Shown piece after piece: positions 25,140 to 40,200 of a DNA stretch of 64,000 nucleotides. Below the pieces are notes generated by a model that was not told the DNA's origin, made no database searches, and worked only from the letters and a program-made list of their open reading frames with translations. A program made the position numbers and the translations under genes. Location of the stretch: the NCBI GenBank assembly GCA_051362555.1, contig CM120648.1:14008587-14072586 (forward strand), written 5' to 3'. The DNA is from Lingula anatina (Eukaryota > Animalia > Brachiopoda). Every line of letters starts with the position of its first letter. Position 1 is the stretch's first letter.

Positions 25140-25855
25140 ACTGCTTACAGTATTTCGTCTTTGTTTTTGTTTCTGTCTAGAACTGTACTTTCTTTTTTCG
25201 TTGTATTCTTGACGGGCTCCGATTGCTAGGTTTTCAACAGTTGGGTGTTTACATTTGGTAAATTTTTACAGTCTGTGGTTCATTATGCTGTCCAATTCAA
25301 AATAATTTCTACGTGTTTTTAATCATAAAACATAAAACTGAGATCACTTCAACTAAGCCCTGACAAACTGTCGACGTTGAAATAAATATATCTTAAAATG
25401 AAGTCACACACACACACGCACACATACCTGGTTATCACTAATTAACCCCACCCCTAACCCTTGAAACAGAAACCTCATTTTCAACATCACTCAAACCATT
25501 TTTCGGAATAAGCATTGGTCGAGGAAGAAGTTCCTATCATAATGAGCTTCCAGTTTACAGTATATATATTGTAATTGCGATCAATCGGAAAGCCTGGGCT
25601 GATTTTGGGTATCATTTATGGAATTACACGTAGTGAACTGACAAAACGTAAGTCCACCGGAAAGTCTGTCGTGTCATTCACATATGTCACTGTTTAGAGC
25701 AGTTCACTTTCTGTTCCATTACATTTATCTCAGACACTAGACCCTCCACAGTTGGGTGATCCTTTCAGATGATTCCGTGGCTCATGATTCGAGGGACGGA
25801 TTCAGCCGACGTGCCCCCAAAGGAAACTATACATCACACATACTGTTAGCATTCT

Positions 25856-26094
25856 CTAGGTGAGTAGACTTCTCAATAGGTCCTCCAGATGTGTATTGCT
25901 ACACTTTAACTGTCCACAGAACAGGTTCTCTATCACCCTGACGTTCACGCTTAGTAGCGAGGGCAGAGCCATGAGAAGTCGGGTGTATTTCAAGGTTTCT
26001 TCGGGACCCGTGGTCCCAATATCTTCGCGGAGGAGCTGGAAGACGCTTTGGTAAATTTTCTCAATGTGGTCGCGATCGGTGAGCTCTAAACTTC
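25856..26094 (-). CDS. NR0B: NR0B-like receptor, terminal coding exon (LBD helices 9-12)
   Basis: Absent from the ORF track because no start codon opens this frame early enough. The phase-1 acceptor gives GSLELTDRDHIEKIYQSVFQLLREDIGTTGPEETLKYTRLLMALPSLLSVNVRVIENLFCGQLKCSNTHLEDLLRSLLT*. Confidence 0.88.
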
Positions 26095-26817
26095 CTGGAA
26101 AATATAAAAGATATAAAGGCTTTATTCATAAATAAATCGTGATAATACGTCATATCGTAAACGTGATTTATGCCTATAGAAAAACAAATGAGATTGGACC
26201 ACGTGCAACGTGACAGATTGTAAGCTTTTTCACGTCGTTGCAACTGTATATGTTCTGTCATGTACAGGACTTAATACTCCAAAATTATCCACGAGTTCGC
26301 GTTATGTGGTTTAGGCGGAAGTTAATTAAAATGGTCGTGTTGAGCGCAGGGCTCTGCTTCGGTGATTTTCTGACTTGAAGCATACATAGTTCAAGCTGTC
26401 AATCTCTTAAAACATAGGCACTGCTTTATCAAATGGGCATGCTGCTAGATGAAAAAAGGCCTTAATAATTCATTTCATAACTTTCAAACAAATCGACTTG
26501 ATGGTCTTTTATTTAAGTTTGCGTCATGTTTATGGTATTTATAAACGAATGGCTTAGTTAACCAAATGGTTGGCCTTCAAATTCAGGGAATCGTGACTTC
26601 CTTATAGTCTGTAAATAGCATGTTGCAGCCGTACTAAACGATGAGTTTAAGACAGATCTAGGGCGGTCCAGTGGGCCTTAAGACAGGTCCAGTGCTAGTA
26701 AGAGACTGCTTGGTTTTTCCAAGTATAACTACCTTTTTACAGTTTTCTGGTTTATCCCTTTCGCTCTATCTCTCTATCATACATACACAGACACACGAGC
26801 GCGCACGCGTCCCCCCC

Positions 26818-26848
<31 letters not shown>

Positions 26849-29800
26849 ACACTACAGATGAAAAGCACAGTAAGTGCAAAAGTGCACTTTGTTCACCTAC
26901 GCAGCTGGTTATTTTAAGGAATTCTGCGGATCGTAAAATCAATTACGACGGCATGGTACACGAATGCGCTTTTTTCCCTCCGGGTCTCCAGTTGAACGTG
27001 TACTTTTCATGACGGCGACCTGACCTTGAGAAACTCGGTTAATTATCCAAAGTGAACGACTTCGCCATAGTTATTATCTACAGTATCTAAAATAACACTG
27101 GATTCGCATCTGTTAATATTCGAAAGCACTGACTGGCACCAGAGCCATTGCCAAGAACTCTTTAGTTTCACCTGCTAACAGAGGATAACCGACCTAACGG
27201 TGTTAAACTATACCAAGGTTAATGACTGGAAGAATCATGGGAGGCACGACTGCAAGTAGAATGACAATATATTTGTCTCAATACACATGAGCTTTTCTCC
27301 AGAAGGACAATAAGACAGAATTAGTTCTAACTCAAAGGCCCAATACATGTACAAGTACAGGCGAACTGTCCTTGTGCAACAATTACATCTATCCCATTTT
27401 CACTAGACCCAGTTGCAAATTGATTCACTTAGCTAAAATGCGTAGACTGTACCTAAACAGAGACAACTTATGCATGTACATTTAATATACAGGGAATGCG
27501 CTGATTATGCCTACCAAAACCAAATTTAGCAACGATCGCTAACGTTATCGACCACCTTAACAATGTAACAAATATTTAGGTAGGTCGCCCCAACCTCGGC
27601 TTATACTATGGCGGCATTCTACCTTTGATAACCCTTATGTCATCAATTATTGATGATTGAACAACTGAACACAGAAATAGGAGTCACGGAACGCTATGTA
27701 CGGATTTCGTCGCGTTTTTGATACAATTGTCAAACGTCAAGTTTGCATTCTTTGTTCATTCAAGTGCCCCGCACTCCTGTATGTATTCAAGGAGCAGTCA
27801 TTTCTCCAAAACACGTTTACAACAAAATGAGAAACTATTTTACATTGTCACCTACACTTATATATAATTACAGACACAAAACATCAAAATATTATAAAGA
27901 TAATACGATATAAAATTAACTGCCCCAAAGAGTGAGAGACACGACAAACGATTTCAACGAACAATATTAATAGAATGATACAATAAATCCAACCAAGTTG
28001 ATTATTATGCTTATAACCGATAAAATACGACACAAATCGATAAAGATATTGACTGACTACCACACAGTATTTCATGGCGTCATTGTAAATGTATTTTACT
28101 GTGTATCCTTAAAATTGTGCCTAAGCTTCCTGTCACGCACGCCGAAAATAATCGACTCTTGATTCTTATCAGGAAGTCTGGGACTGAAGGGAATATTAGT
28201 ATGTGTTAAGACGCACTATTACCTTTATTAGTGTAAAGTACTTTCGTACAATGTGACTCTAAACGGCAGGCTGACGCTTTCCTCGCAAAATTTTCAATGG
28301 CCTCTTCAAAAGACCATTTTCTTTTAAAAGTACACTCGGGCTGGACAATTCACCACAGACTTGAGCTTTATTCTTTACATAACATACGAAATGCAAAAAA
28401 TAAGTTAAATTCACACTGCGCGTTGCCTAAGACACGTAGAGATGCACTGGACTGTGAAACATCAACTCTCCTCTTACATACTCAGACGTTGGTGAGACGA
28501 TTGCCGCTTGCCTTGCTTCAGCTTCGTTGCCAATGCAACCATTTACGCCACTGCAAAAGCCAAACTGAGACGTCTGGGCGGAAACTGTTTCTGTCTGGAG
28601 AAAACGTGGAAGGGGTTCATTATATTATACACGGACGGAATAACACCATAGCAGACCGCGCTAGTTTGCAAGACCAAGGTCAGATGTGATGGATTACCGC
28701 AGACGCTGCACCCCGACAGCTCACTTTAAAAAATACAGTATAGAACTATAAATATATGCGACATTGCAAGCCCCAAGCCCTGCCTCGAAATATTATTTTG
28801 TCTTACTCTTTACGCCAAATCTAATCAAATTTTTCAAGAATGACTGCTCTACCCCCATCCCTGCGACATTATAAAATGAAATAACTGAGTTCTGAACGAA
28901 TCATTATCCGTTTAGACTGCGATGTCTTCCTGTCATTTCAGAACAAAATACCGACATAAAGCACTTTTATTTGAGGGATTTTATCGTTTTCAAGGCTTAA
29001 ATAAGGTTTAAATTGGAAAAAGATAATCGGTTTTGCAGACAAGCACAGTAGACAAAAATATGACTTCGGGGCATTTTCGAACACGCACAGTTTAATTTGC
29101 GTTTCGTGCACGTATCGAAAATAATAAAAGAAATCAATTTGCACCTTATTTTTAACTCCAGTAGGTTCAGTGTCTGGGTAACATGACACTGGTAGAAGTG
29201 CATCACGGCTTCGTACCCTGAGCTAAAACATATATTCTGAGTCATTTCCCGTTGTGGACAGAATATGACGTTAATCATATATCGAAAGGATGTATACACG
29301 AGAGGCTTCAGCATCTAATTACCACAATCTCCTTCAGCAAACAAATTAAAAACTTCAGTAGAAAATTTAGGGGGATCAAAACTCCCCATAACAGTCTCAC
29401 TGACTGTTCACTAGAACCGAAGGGTATGGCATGCCGGTAACGGTCATTCTGCCTCCTTGGTAAAGGCGAGCCGCCGACTCTGGACTAACCCAATTTCCCC
29501 CAATTCCACTATCTGAGTGTTAATCACGGTTCTACCTCGTGCAAGGCCTTCACCTACTTTCCCACTTTTCGAATCACGCTTGGGATATTAAAGGTTGATT
29601 GACATATTGGATACAGTACAGTACAGTACAGACCGATAACCGGCCTCTGCCTCATCACCGTCAAAGTTTTAGTAAAAAGTCAGAGGAATACCAGAAATTA
29701 CGAGAGGCATGATTAACTGCCCACCCACATCAAAGAGTACCCTCTACCTGGGCAACAGATGGAATTTTCACAAGATATTCACAGATGTGTCTTTAAATAA

Positions 29801-32102
29801 ATAGACAGTCATTTGACTCACTGGCTTTTTGAAAATTTGACTATAATATCAGACACCCTGGTAGTGGGTCATCAAGTGTGCACCATATCTGACGTTACAG
29901 ACGGTCCACCTCTGTAAAAGGACAATTTCGCCCTGCCTCTTTATTCTCTGTCGACCGCTAATTTCATCAAATAAGCAGAAAAGATTACCGTTCTATTTTT
30001 GTCCATTCGCCAAAACTCGATCCTGTCCTCAAATAATTTTACGTTGGTCTTGTCCCAGATAAAGGGCAACAGAGTGTGAGTGACCTTAATTTGTTAAGAA
30101 GTCGTCTGGGGTTTTAAATGAACTTAAAGCGGGCCATTTTATGCCCATACGTCCATGTTGATATCGTAGATAAAAACGTAATCAGTGATAGCGCTGTATG
30201 TGATTGGTGTACAACACGCCTGACTACAGATACTGACGTGTCCCCAAACCGCGGCCATGTGTCATTTTAGCTTTACACTTGGATTCTACAAGTCGTCGCA
30301 CAATTTTACAACACATAAATGTGTTGCGAGACAGCTCTAAAACCCTTTTCGTTCTCAGAGAGAAATAGAGAGAGAGATTCATTTGCATGTAGTTAGAAAA
30401 TCGGGAAATAAAAACTGAGGAAGGCCTTTGAAAGGCTATTAAATTGATTTTTTATTGACAAATATTTTTAGTTAAAGCTCCATTTTTTCTCAAACCACAA
30501 ACGTCCTGAGAGAAGTACGTGCCTAGGCAATAAAAACACTCTACAATACTTACAACCTTGAACCATGGATGCAGAGAATCGGTGAACATCCAGGTCACAC
30601 AACAGACGAAATATATACACGTTTGCCTCAGTAGGCGATAAGCTATCGTATGACCGATTTCATGTCCACATTCAAGTTGAGGATAAAGTAGATTAAATAG
30701 GTGACCGCATTTCTTATGAACTATGAGCTTTATAATACACACCACGCGGTATGCATGAGGAGCACGTGAACACTATGTCTATATGCAATACCATCAACGA
30801 GGAACGAAAAAAATCCCAGTTAAAAATAACTCGCTTATGGGTGAGATTAATTACCTTAAGTGAGGTTAACTACCTTGCGAAATTGTGAATTTAGGGGAAA
30901 GTTCTACATGCGTGGCAACAACACACATACTTATAGTGCTGAATACACAAGAAGACAATTATACACACACACACAAATAAACAAAAATCCCTTGAATAAC
31001 TTTAAGCTTAAAATGTATCAATACGATTTCCTTCAACATAACTTAAACTCACTAAATCTGCATTTCCAAGTGAATGCCAGATAAATGTGTACAGAAGACA
31101 TTATGGCTTCCAGGCATTGGTTAACCGGGGCGTCTGAGGACACAACGCCCCACGCCCTACAGATATCTGTGCCAAACATAAACACGTTTAGGACAGTGGC
31201 CTTAAAAACCTTCACCTGATATTTCACCTCAATCACGATCGCGTTCTCGGACGCCTCCATAGAAATCCACGTCCTGCCAGACGCAATTCAAACACTCAAT
31301 AAGACCTTTATTTGCACAGCGTCACGACGAGTATGATCTTTTTACTGTGCTCTTCGCATTTGTGTATAGAATGATTATCAGAACAACCCGGGCACCTCTT
31401 GCTTCTTGCCCAGTCTAAACTTTACCTATTTATTAAACAAAAGTTTTAACTTTTAAAATTCAAACATGATTCCTAGTTAAATTGTGCCATTTCCCACCGA
31501 AAGTTCGCGTTCTCCAGTTTCGATGGCCTTTATGCGCCTGTTGGAATTCATATTTTGTAACCTTCTTTGAATATCTAATAATAAAAATTAGCAAACAAGG
31601 CAGCAAAGCTGTCAAATGTACAGACAAAAAACAGGAAATAACTATGCACAAAATAGGCTACTGTCAATTCTGATGCAAAAGTACATTATGTTAAACTGCA
31701 AATTCAACATCGAATTTTAATTATGCTCAACAGGTAATACCAATGTAAGTAAAATGTGTAACAAGTTCACACTTTGAAAATGTATAACTTCCAGAAAAAG
31801 AAGCCAATTAGACTGCTTTTCCAACTCAGGCTGCATTTTAGTCCTGTATTTCTTTTTTGAAAGTTTGGCAATCATAAGTAACATGGTTTTCCCATAATGG
31901 TCATCATGGCAGCAGCACCCAAAATTGTGTTTTCTTCTTTTCTGATGCCATATTACATAATGGTTAACAGCATAATGACCGTTAATTTTTAATAATACAA
32001 TATACGTATCATGGATTTTCAGAAAATGTGACTAGCATGGGTCTTCAAGCCCGTGGAACTTCAAAGTCACACCTTGAAAATATGTGAAAAATTAAATTTT
32101 CA

Positions 32103-32135
<33 letters not shown>

Positions 32136-35100
32136 GTTTAACTGGCAGTAAGAATTACCAAACAGACTGCATTGCCTACTGAAGCTGTATTTTAGTCCCA
32201 TGTTTCTTTCCTGTAAGTTTGAGAACAGTAAGTGACATGTTTTTTTTTTAATGTTCATCAAGGGAGCAGTGCCCAAAATAGTTTTTTTTCAAATTTTGAT
32301 GCAATATTGCATAATGTTTAACAGCATAATGACCATCAATTTTAATAATAAAATATTAGTATTATGGATATTCAGAAAATGTGACTAGCAAAGGTCTTCA
32401 GGCCCATGGAACTTCAAAGTCACAACTTGAAAATGCCAAAATGGAAACAAGACAGCACTGTTCTGAAATTTTTTTCCCAGTTTTAACAATTTCTGACATA
32501 AAACAAAATTAACAGTTTACTACCGTTTTTATATGATCAACTAAGAAAATTGATGAGATGGGAAAAATATTAATAGAGCAGCGTTAAATGTCCAATTTCT
32601 ACCATTCTGAGATTCTGAACATAGTGAATGATTGAATCTGACAAACTGCAATGATATGAGTTTATTTCCATTTTTGAAACTTTATTACACAATACACGAT
32701 AACAAGTTTACCATCATTTTTACATAATCAAGTAATGATGTTGTAAAGATGCAGGAAATGCCAAACAAACACTTTTACGTATCTTATTAATTAAAAATTG
32801 AAACTGTTAACATGCCTAAGAATTTAATCTGAGGAAATGTGAAAAAAACAGCATAACTTTAAAATAATGGCCCGATTATGCTGATTTTTGAACTCAACCT
32901 GCGTTTTAGCAAAAATGACCATTCCTGTGAGTTTAATGACAATTGGCCTATCTGTTTTTGGTATATTGTGTTTACAGTGTTGCATTTATGCTGAAAAATG
33001 AAAAAACAGAATAACTGCCAAAGTAGTGGCCCTATCATGCCGATTTTCGAACTTGACCTGTGTTATAGTAAGATCGATTACTCCTGTGAGTTTCATGACA
33101 ACAGGCCTAACGGTTTTCCTTAAAATGTGTTTACAAGATGTCTGTACATAAAAATGTGTCTGTACATAAAAAATGGTTTGTTTGTTTGTTTGTTTGTTTA
33201 CAAAACATGTTTTGATATGTTACAAGTGTCATCTTAGGAGTACAAAGAAACTTCCCGGGGTTTATCATTATTATTTTTAAACTGACAACGTTGGTCTACA
33301 ACTACCTTAAATTAACACCTAATTTCATGAGACGACTATTAAACATGAGAATGACATTTACATTGCTTTGTCTCCAAGTATTCTAGGTATTAAACATACG
33401 AAATGACTTCAGGGATAATGCATTTTCCTATGTTGCACTCTCTATCCACAGCCATACTTACAGTGATAATAACTCTTCGTTTCGGCCAAAAAATTAATTT
33501 TCCTGGAGTAAACAACAATTTTCCCATACTTACCAATGGTTAATGAATCCATTTTTACATTCAAAGTTAGTCCCTGGTTTTTTTCTAAAAAGTTTGGTTT
33601 TTTGTTAAAATAACTCAAGAGATAATAACAGAGTATAGCCATCAATGGAGGTCACGTGGTCTAAAGACAAGCTCAGATATCAGAATAATAGCTATAACTG
33701 CCGTTTTGTGGTAAAACAGAATATATTATATTTCTATGAGTTATTCACAAATGTTTTTATTGTGAAATATAGATCTCATACGAAGAGTTATTATCCCTTT
33801 AAATGAACTGGTTTGCTCCCTGCGTGAGTTTTAACAAAATGTTTATTTGCGTAACGTATTTTATCCAAACCCTCTGCCAAAACCTTGCATAAACATTTTG
33901 CGAAGATCTTACTCTTTTTACAGGGCAAAATCTCTCCCTGTCACTGTCCTCTTTCAAGTCCGAAATAAAGAACAATTTTGTTTTTATGCTGACTTTAATA
34001 AAGTCATGGTAATCAGTGCTGGCTTGGGATAGGTTGTTGTCATCCCAGAGAAGTCTACTGTACAACTACCCTTCTGGGACAAAATTTTACCACAAAAGCC
34101 TGATAGTTTCCCTGCTCTCCCCCGACTACACTAGACTGTGCACTCACAGATTTAAGTGAAAACACGTGCTCTACTATCTGCCCCTTTTAAACCCAATCCT
34201 GTGTGCGGACCCGAGAACCTGAGTGTCTTCAGATTAAACTAGAGCGTCTGACCTTTGCCTCACAGACTCTATTATGTTCATGCCTGCTCGGGAATTCCGC
34301 TTACACCGATATCCTACTACGCATTCTAGACTAATCTGAATTTCCTTGAGTAAAGATCTTTCCGCGTATTTTAAGGGCAGCTGGTAAGTTGAAGCCTCTG
34401 GGTACCCTGAGTATGTGAGCAATTAAGTATGATTTCCTGTCTTTCTGATTTTTTAAACTCGTTTCATTAAAACAATTTTATCTAGCTTTTTTCTTGTATC
34501 CCCCTTTTCATCACTTTTTGTTAAATCGTTATGCATGAATGATGAATTAACAAAATGATGGGGACAACAAGATGGGGACAAAAAGGGTCGGTATTAAATA
34601 GATGTTTGAACAAAACAGGAAAGTGTTCAAAGCACCAAATTAAGACAGGAAATAAACTAGGGACGAATAACTAAATATCAGCGCGAAAGTAACATACATG
34701 GACCCACATACATAAGCAATTTAGGATTAAAAACGACATTAGTAACAGTAAGATGAAGTAAAACAACTTCAGTCACAATACTCCAGCACTACAGTATACA
34801 GAAGCACGCGCTACTGCTCCCGTATCTAGCCATGAAGACTCTTAAACTCAGGGTGACATGAGTTCTATTTGGCAAGTGATCAGAGCTGGGTAAAACATCG
34901 TCTGTGTGAACTAGTTCATAGCAATTTGATCCATATATTACTCATAGACAGCGCGCACCTTGGAGAGGTACTGGCAGGGTTCAGCGGGCAGCTGATGGCG
35001 TGGCTTTTTAACTGATTTAGACTGTTTATAAATAAGTGATAAATCAAATTTGATGAAAAATTCCAGTACCTGACCTCCAAATTTCCACAAGTTCTAGCTC

Positions 35101-36249
35101 CCCCTTATTGTATTAACTAACCATATATTTCTTTTCATTGTGAAATAATAACATTGTGTTTAATATAATAATGTGTTAAATCAATGCAGAAAGGACCAAC
35201 CCCACTTACAGCTATTTCATTTAAACCCACAAAAACGACTATGTGACGGTAAGCAAGTCTTCTATGCTGTTTTGCGTCATCTAAATCATATCAACGATAC
35301 AATTACACTACAGAGAAAACACGTTGATAGATCATTTTCGTTGTTGACAATCTTGAAGACCTTGAAGTAAGAGCAAATGCGTGCACAGAAATCCGCGGAT
35401 GGGTATTTTAGATAACATATGCATATGGAATCTGATGCAATGAATCTGTCCAATGAAGGACAGTTTTGGAGTCCGCCAACCTTATGCTTGAAGGACTCAA
35501 GCAGAAGTCCACCAAGATCATTGTTGCACGGTCTTACTGCAGTGTGGGCAGAGACACGACTTAGGTCCGGCACATCCTACCCAGAGAGCAGTATCGACAC
35601 CGCGGGCTCCCACCATTATCAACCAGGTCACAAACGCCGACCCTTAATCGCAGGACGATAAGAAGGAGTACCATAACTCACGCTACCTGTGCACAGTGTG
35701 ATCGTGTTGGTTGTTTCGTATTTATTATGACTAACTCATCAAATCATCTGCGTCCTCTCCATCAAATAAACTTTGCCTCATAACATCAATTATCAATTAT
35801 ATATATTGTGTTTGTAGTGTTTGAGAACACGTAAACACGCCTTCTCGGGCACGCCGACTTGTTTTCCCGAACGACGACTGCAATGACAAAAGCGAACATC
35901 TACAAATAGTAACGCGACAGAAAGAAAACATTTCGTTGACCTTAACCGACCGTTTGTGTACTCGGTCGAATGTTCTAGTTTGCCTCTCGCTTCGTGTTCT
36001 CGGTGTTTCAATTTGAAATTCATTACATATATGCGATTAAATCATATCTCTCGTCACGTAAGAAATCACTGCAGCCTAAAGTAAAGTACTGAAACTAAAA
36101 ACTGTCCACCTAAAGAACGCGATGTTCATATAATAAAGAACTGCTTGCCCTGACAAATACCATAATCGTTCTCATTCTTAACACTTATAATCGATACACT
36201 TTACGCAAAGTAGGATATTTATAGCAAAAAGAAAAGAAAAAATCCTATC

Positions 36250-36336
<87 letters not shown>

Positions 36337-37245
36337 GTATACGAGGCAGCCAGGTCTCCGTTCAGAACAGTTTTGTAGTGAGTCATTGATCCTAATAGCG
36401 GCAAGGGCTAAATAACCAACATCCCGACCTAATAGAACTGACAGTGGAAATTGGCTTCGGTTCGCAAAATGTTGGGAAAAAAAGATAAGAAGATAACTTT
36501 TCGACTTGAACCTGCTTTGTCGCGCCAAAAGAAAAAAAAAAACAATAAACAAAAATTGAACAAAAAGAGGATTCTTACCGGCAGACGTAATATGCACCAA
36601 TCTTACTGCTTGAAGTAGGGACGCGCCCCAAACATCGATATGTTCTCCCGAAAGAGCACTGAGATGAATGGAATATTATTTCTTCTATTCAGTTTTCTCG
36701 ACCTTGAAATTGACCTGTATCCCAATGAAAGGAACTATTTTACAAGTCACCGTGAATTCGTTTTGAATGTTATTTATTCGAACATTATCACAATTCTTAT
36801 CTCTCTCTCCCCGTCTGTCCCGTCGACAATTGATCACTCCAGGGTCATTTGCAAAGTACAGGCTTCACAACGCAAGGCATTACGTTCAAAACCCTGCCTT
36901 GCATTAGCATGTACGGTGCCCTCCTAAATACAGTGCTAACTGCAACCTCAGAATTGTTTTTCTCGTCGTATAATCGATACATCAAGTGCTATAAAAAAAA
37001 AAACAAAGTACTTTAAGAAACCAAGCAGCTAACTTCTGTCACTGTACTATCATTACAAAATTACGACGCATCAAGATGGGTCTCCTGACTTTTTCTTGCA
37101 GCCTGATTCTTGTCAACCATCCTGATTTCATGCTCTGTTCGACTGCTTCGTCAGCCATTGGCTTCATTAGTTCAGTAAGAACACACATCTCTATTATGGA
37201 CTTTCTACTCTCTCTCTCTCTCTCTGATTGTATCCGTGTGTGTAC

Positions 37246-37278
<33 letters not shown>

Positions 37279-40200
37279 TTTCCCTCATGTTTACTTTGTC
37301 AGAAGATTCAGCTTCCAGGAAAATAAAACGGGAAGCTGTAATTTACAAGATATATGCCGTCATAACGCCTACAACGTTCAAAGACACCATTCATACAATG
37401 TCTTCACTCTAGAAGCCTTCAGGAGGTTATGGAGACCAAAGGGAGGGTTATAAATCTTTCCCAGCATTACTTAAAACATGACCGTGTCATAAATACAACA
37501 GAAAGCAGTTCAATTCAAATTCTGTTTAGCAATCAAAATTTGCTCATTAGTACCAGGAAGTGTCTATATTTTCAGATAATCAGCTCACGATTTAAAGATT
37601 AAGCACACGCGTCCTAAGAACTGTACCACTATGACGCGAGTTATTCGTGGCGTTGATCTGAGGACAAGTGAAGCTGCATGTGTAACGGGATCCGCCCATC
37701 ACATGACTGCCGTGTAACCTGTCTGACCGCAGTGACACTAAGCCACTTGCCATGCTTATATAACACACCACTTATGGTGCACAACGGAACGTGACACTTT
37801 TGTAACGTACGGTGACTTGCAAAAGTACGATTGAAAAAGATTCCTCCTTCATACCAGACATCGTGATAATGTTTACACATGGGGATCGTAGACGGCATAT
37901 ATTTCATGTGATAATAATTCTGTGCAAAAACCGCGATGCGCTTGTTCAATACAGTGACTTTACCTTTAAATCTACATTTTTTAACCATGAAAAGGGGAGA
38001 GTCAAAAAATAATTTAAGAAATGAGACGAGCAAAGTGAAGCTTACCATTACAGCGTTGAGACCAGGAAGTCATATAGTTATATTAAATGATAATGCCTAA
38101 TAAAATAAAACCGAAATCTATTTGCCCAAGTGTAAACCACTGAAAAAAATCACTTTTGCCGTTTAGATCACGGGCATCGGTCGGGTTGTGTTAGTAAACT
38201 TGCAAGCCAGCCAGGGCAATTCACGCGGGAGCCTCAAAACTCTATTTCGCACACGCATCAGTTCACAACATGCGGAAACACACACGCACTGGTTTAATGT
38301 GTATGAACGCAGCACGTATAGATAGATTCTCCAGACCCAACTTATACGCACAGTCTGGCCTCGGTCTCAAAAGAGTACTCGTGCAAGGGCACGTTGTTAT
38401 ACTTAATTGGTAGGCAGGCACAGTAACTCTCTTAACTCTAAGTCAGTATGTTTTTTTCCTTGCTTGGTCCTCCTTGATTAACAAAATGTGCTAAATACAT
38501 GTCCGGGTGGCACACCACGTGTCCGGGTAAGCCTTGCAGGTCGGGCACCACATCGAGTATGAGCTGATGACGTTTCTCAATACAAATAACTCAGCCAATG
38601 ACGGCGTATCTATGGCAGTTCTGTTGTTACATTTAGAACTTCGAGAGAGTCGACCGGCGTTCAAAATTCTATAATTGGATATATACTTTGTTAACATTTA
38701 CTGAAATTCGTATCAGATGAATGAATGAATGATTATATTTGTATGATAACGATGCCATATTTATGGCTATCAGGTGTGTCTGTCTTAAGATATAAGCTGC
38801 CTTCAATTTCCACTTATCATAATGATTTTCTTCATCAAACTGTCTTCTTGTAGGTAACTTTTTTCTCTATTACTGTGTAACAATGTTCAGTGACGTATCA
38901 CCAAAACATGTACGAGGAACGGCGAATACGGCGCACCGCCTAAATACCTCGAAACTAAGGGTGTCATTATTTCTATCTAGAGTTAACCAGAATATTTTCA
39001 TATATCATTCAGAATTTCAGGTCATTTTTCTGTTCATATGTCCTCCATCAGTAGCTAAGCATTTAGTTCAATGAACTGTTAGTTGAAAAGAGACTGACTG
39101 AAAGTGTAATATGAAACCTTTGAACCTTTGACCTTAAAGCCAACCTCTGACCTCTATCTTGACCACAATACCATAACTGACCTTTAATCCATGCACCTGT
39201 CTCTGGACAGCAAAGGTCATAGATAATTTTCTCACACATGATATATTCAACAGCATTCAGACACCTCATCATACATCACATACGACAAAAGCTGAACTTA
39301 CCAGTGTGAAAAAGGACGGCCGTCCTAAGTAAGTCAAAAGTATGGCTGTTCAGACCGAGATTCCTGAACTTTTGGATCACACGCTCGATCTCCTCCACTC
39401 TCCCCACGGTGGGCGTGTCTTGGTTGACCGAGTTCCCACACTGACAGCTGGAGCATGAGGAGGACGAGGAAGACGCAACCGAAGCTGTGTCGCTTACGTC
39501 GTTGTAATGAGGAGTTACCACGAACTGAAAGTTGTTCTCTGACATAAACAGTAGGACGAGCCGAGCCCAAGACGCGTTTATGAGCCCAGCTTTGTCTCTA
39601 ATTGTAAGTCGCTTGAAATTTTCCAAAGAATTGGCAAACTGAAAGGTTTTCGTCACCCAGTCTGAAACCCTGGAACTGACTGGTTGCAGATTTTTCTTGG
39701 CGAGTGTCACTGGAGTGTTGCTGGGAATTTGAGATGGTTTGAGCTTCGTATCAACCTTTACTTCTGCCATTCTGTAAGTCTCAGTAACGGGGCCCGAACA
39801 TGTAGATGGTTTCTTATAACGTTCCAGCAAAACCTTCAATATAGAACCATCTACTTGGCAACAGGGCATATTTAACAGCCCAAGACCGTCGCCAAAGCCT
39901 TCAACGCTGTCACCAGAGGTGCTTTGTTGCAGGGCCATCTTGCGGTTGGCTTTCTTGCAAGACAAATCTATTGGCTGTTCGGTCTCTTGAATTGGCAATG
40001 ATGCGGATGGTGGAGTAAATGGTGACATGGAACGCGATGACGATGAATAAGATGATGAGCACCTAAGGGGCGGTTTGCTATCGCTTGATGAGGCCTCAGC
40101 AAGTGCAGAAAACGAAGCTGTGCTCTGTGCAATTACTGGCGAGGGGGAGCTATAACCATTTGGAATGGACACACATTTTGTCCCAATTTCATGGGAATAA

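Noticed and set aside
28297-28689. 130-aa + strand ORF in the NR0B intron
   Set aside because: No domain, motif or supporting exon structure. Chance ORFs of this length are expected.
31033-31260. Minus-strand 75-aa ORF as an internal NR0B exon
   Set aside because: No LBD similarity. Exon 26094-25856 completes the domain in the correct phase without it.
36219-36600. Poly-Lys / IYIY ORFs
   Set aside because: Translation artefacts of the poly-T and (TA)n tracts.
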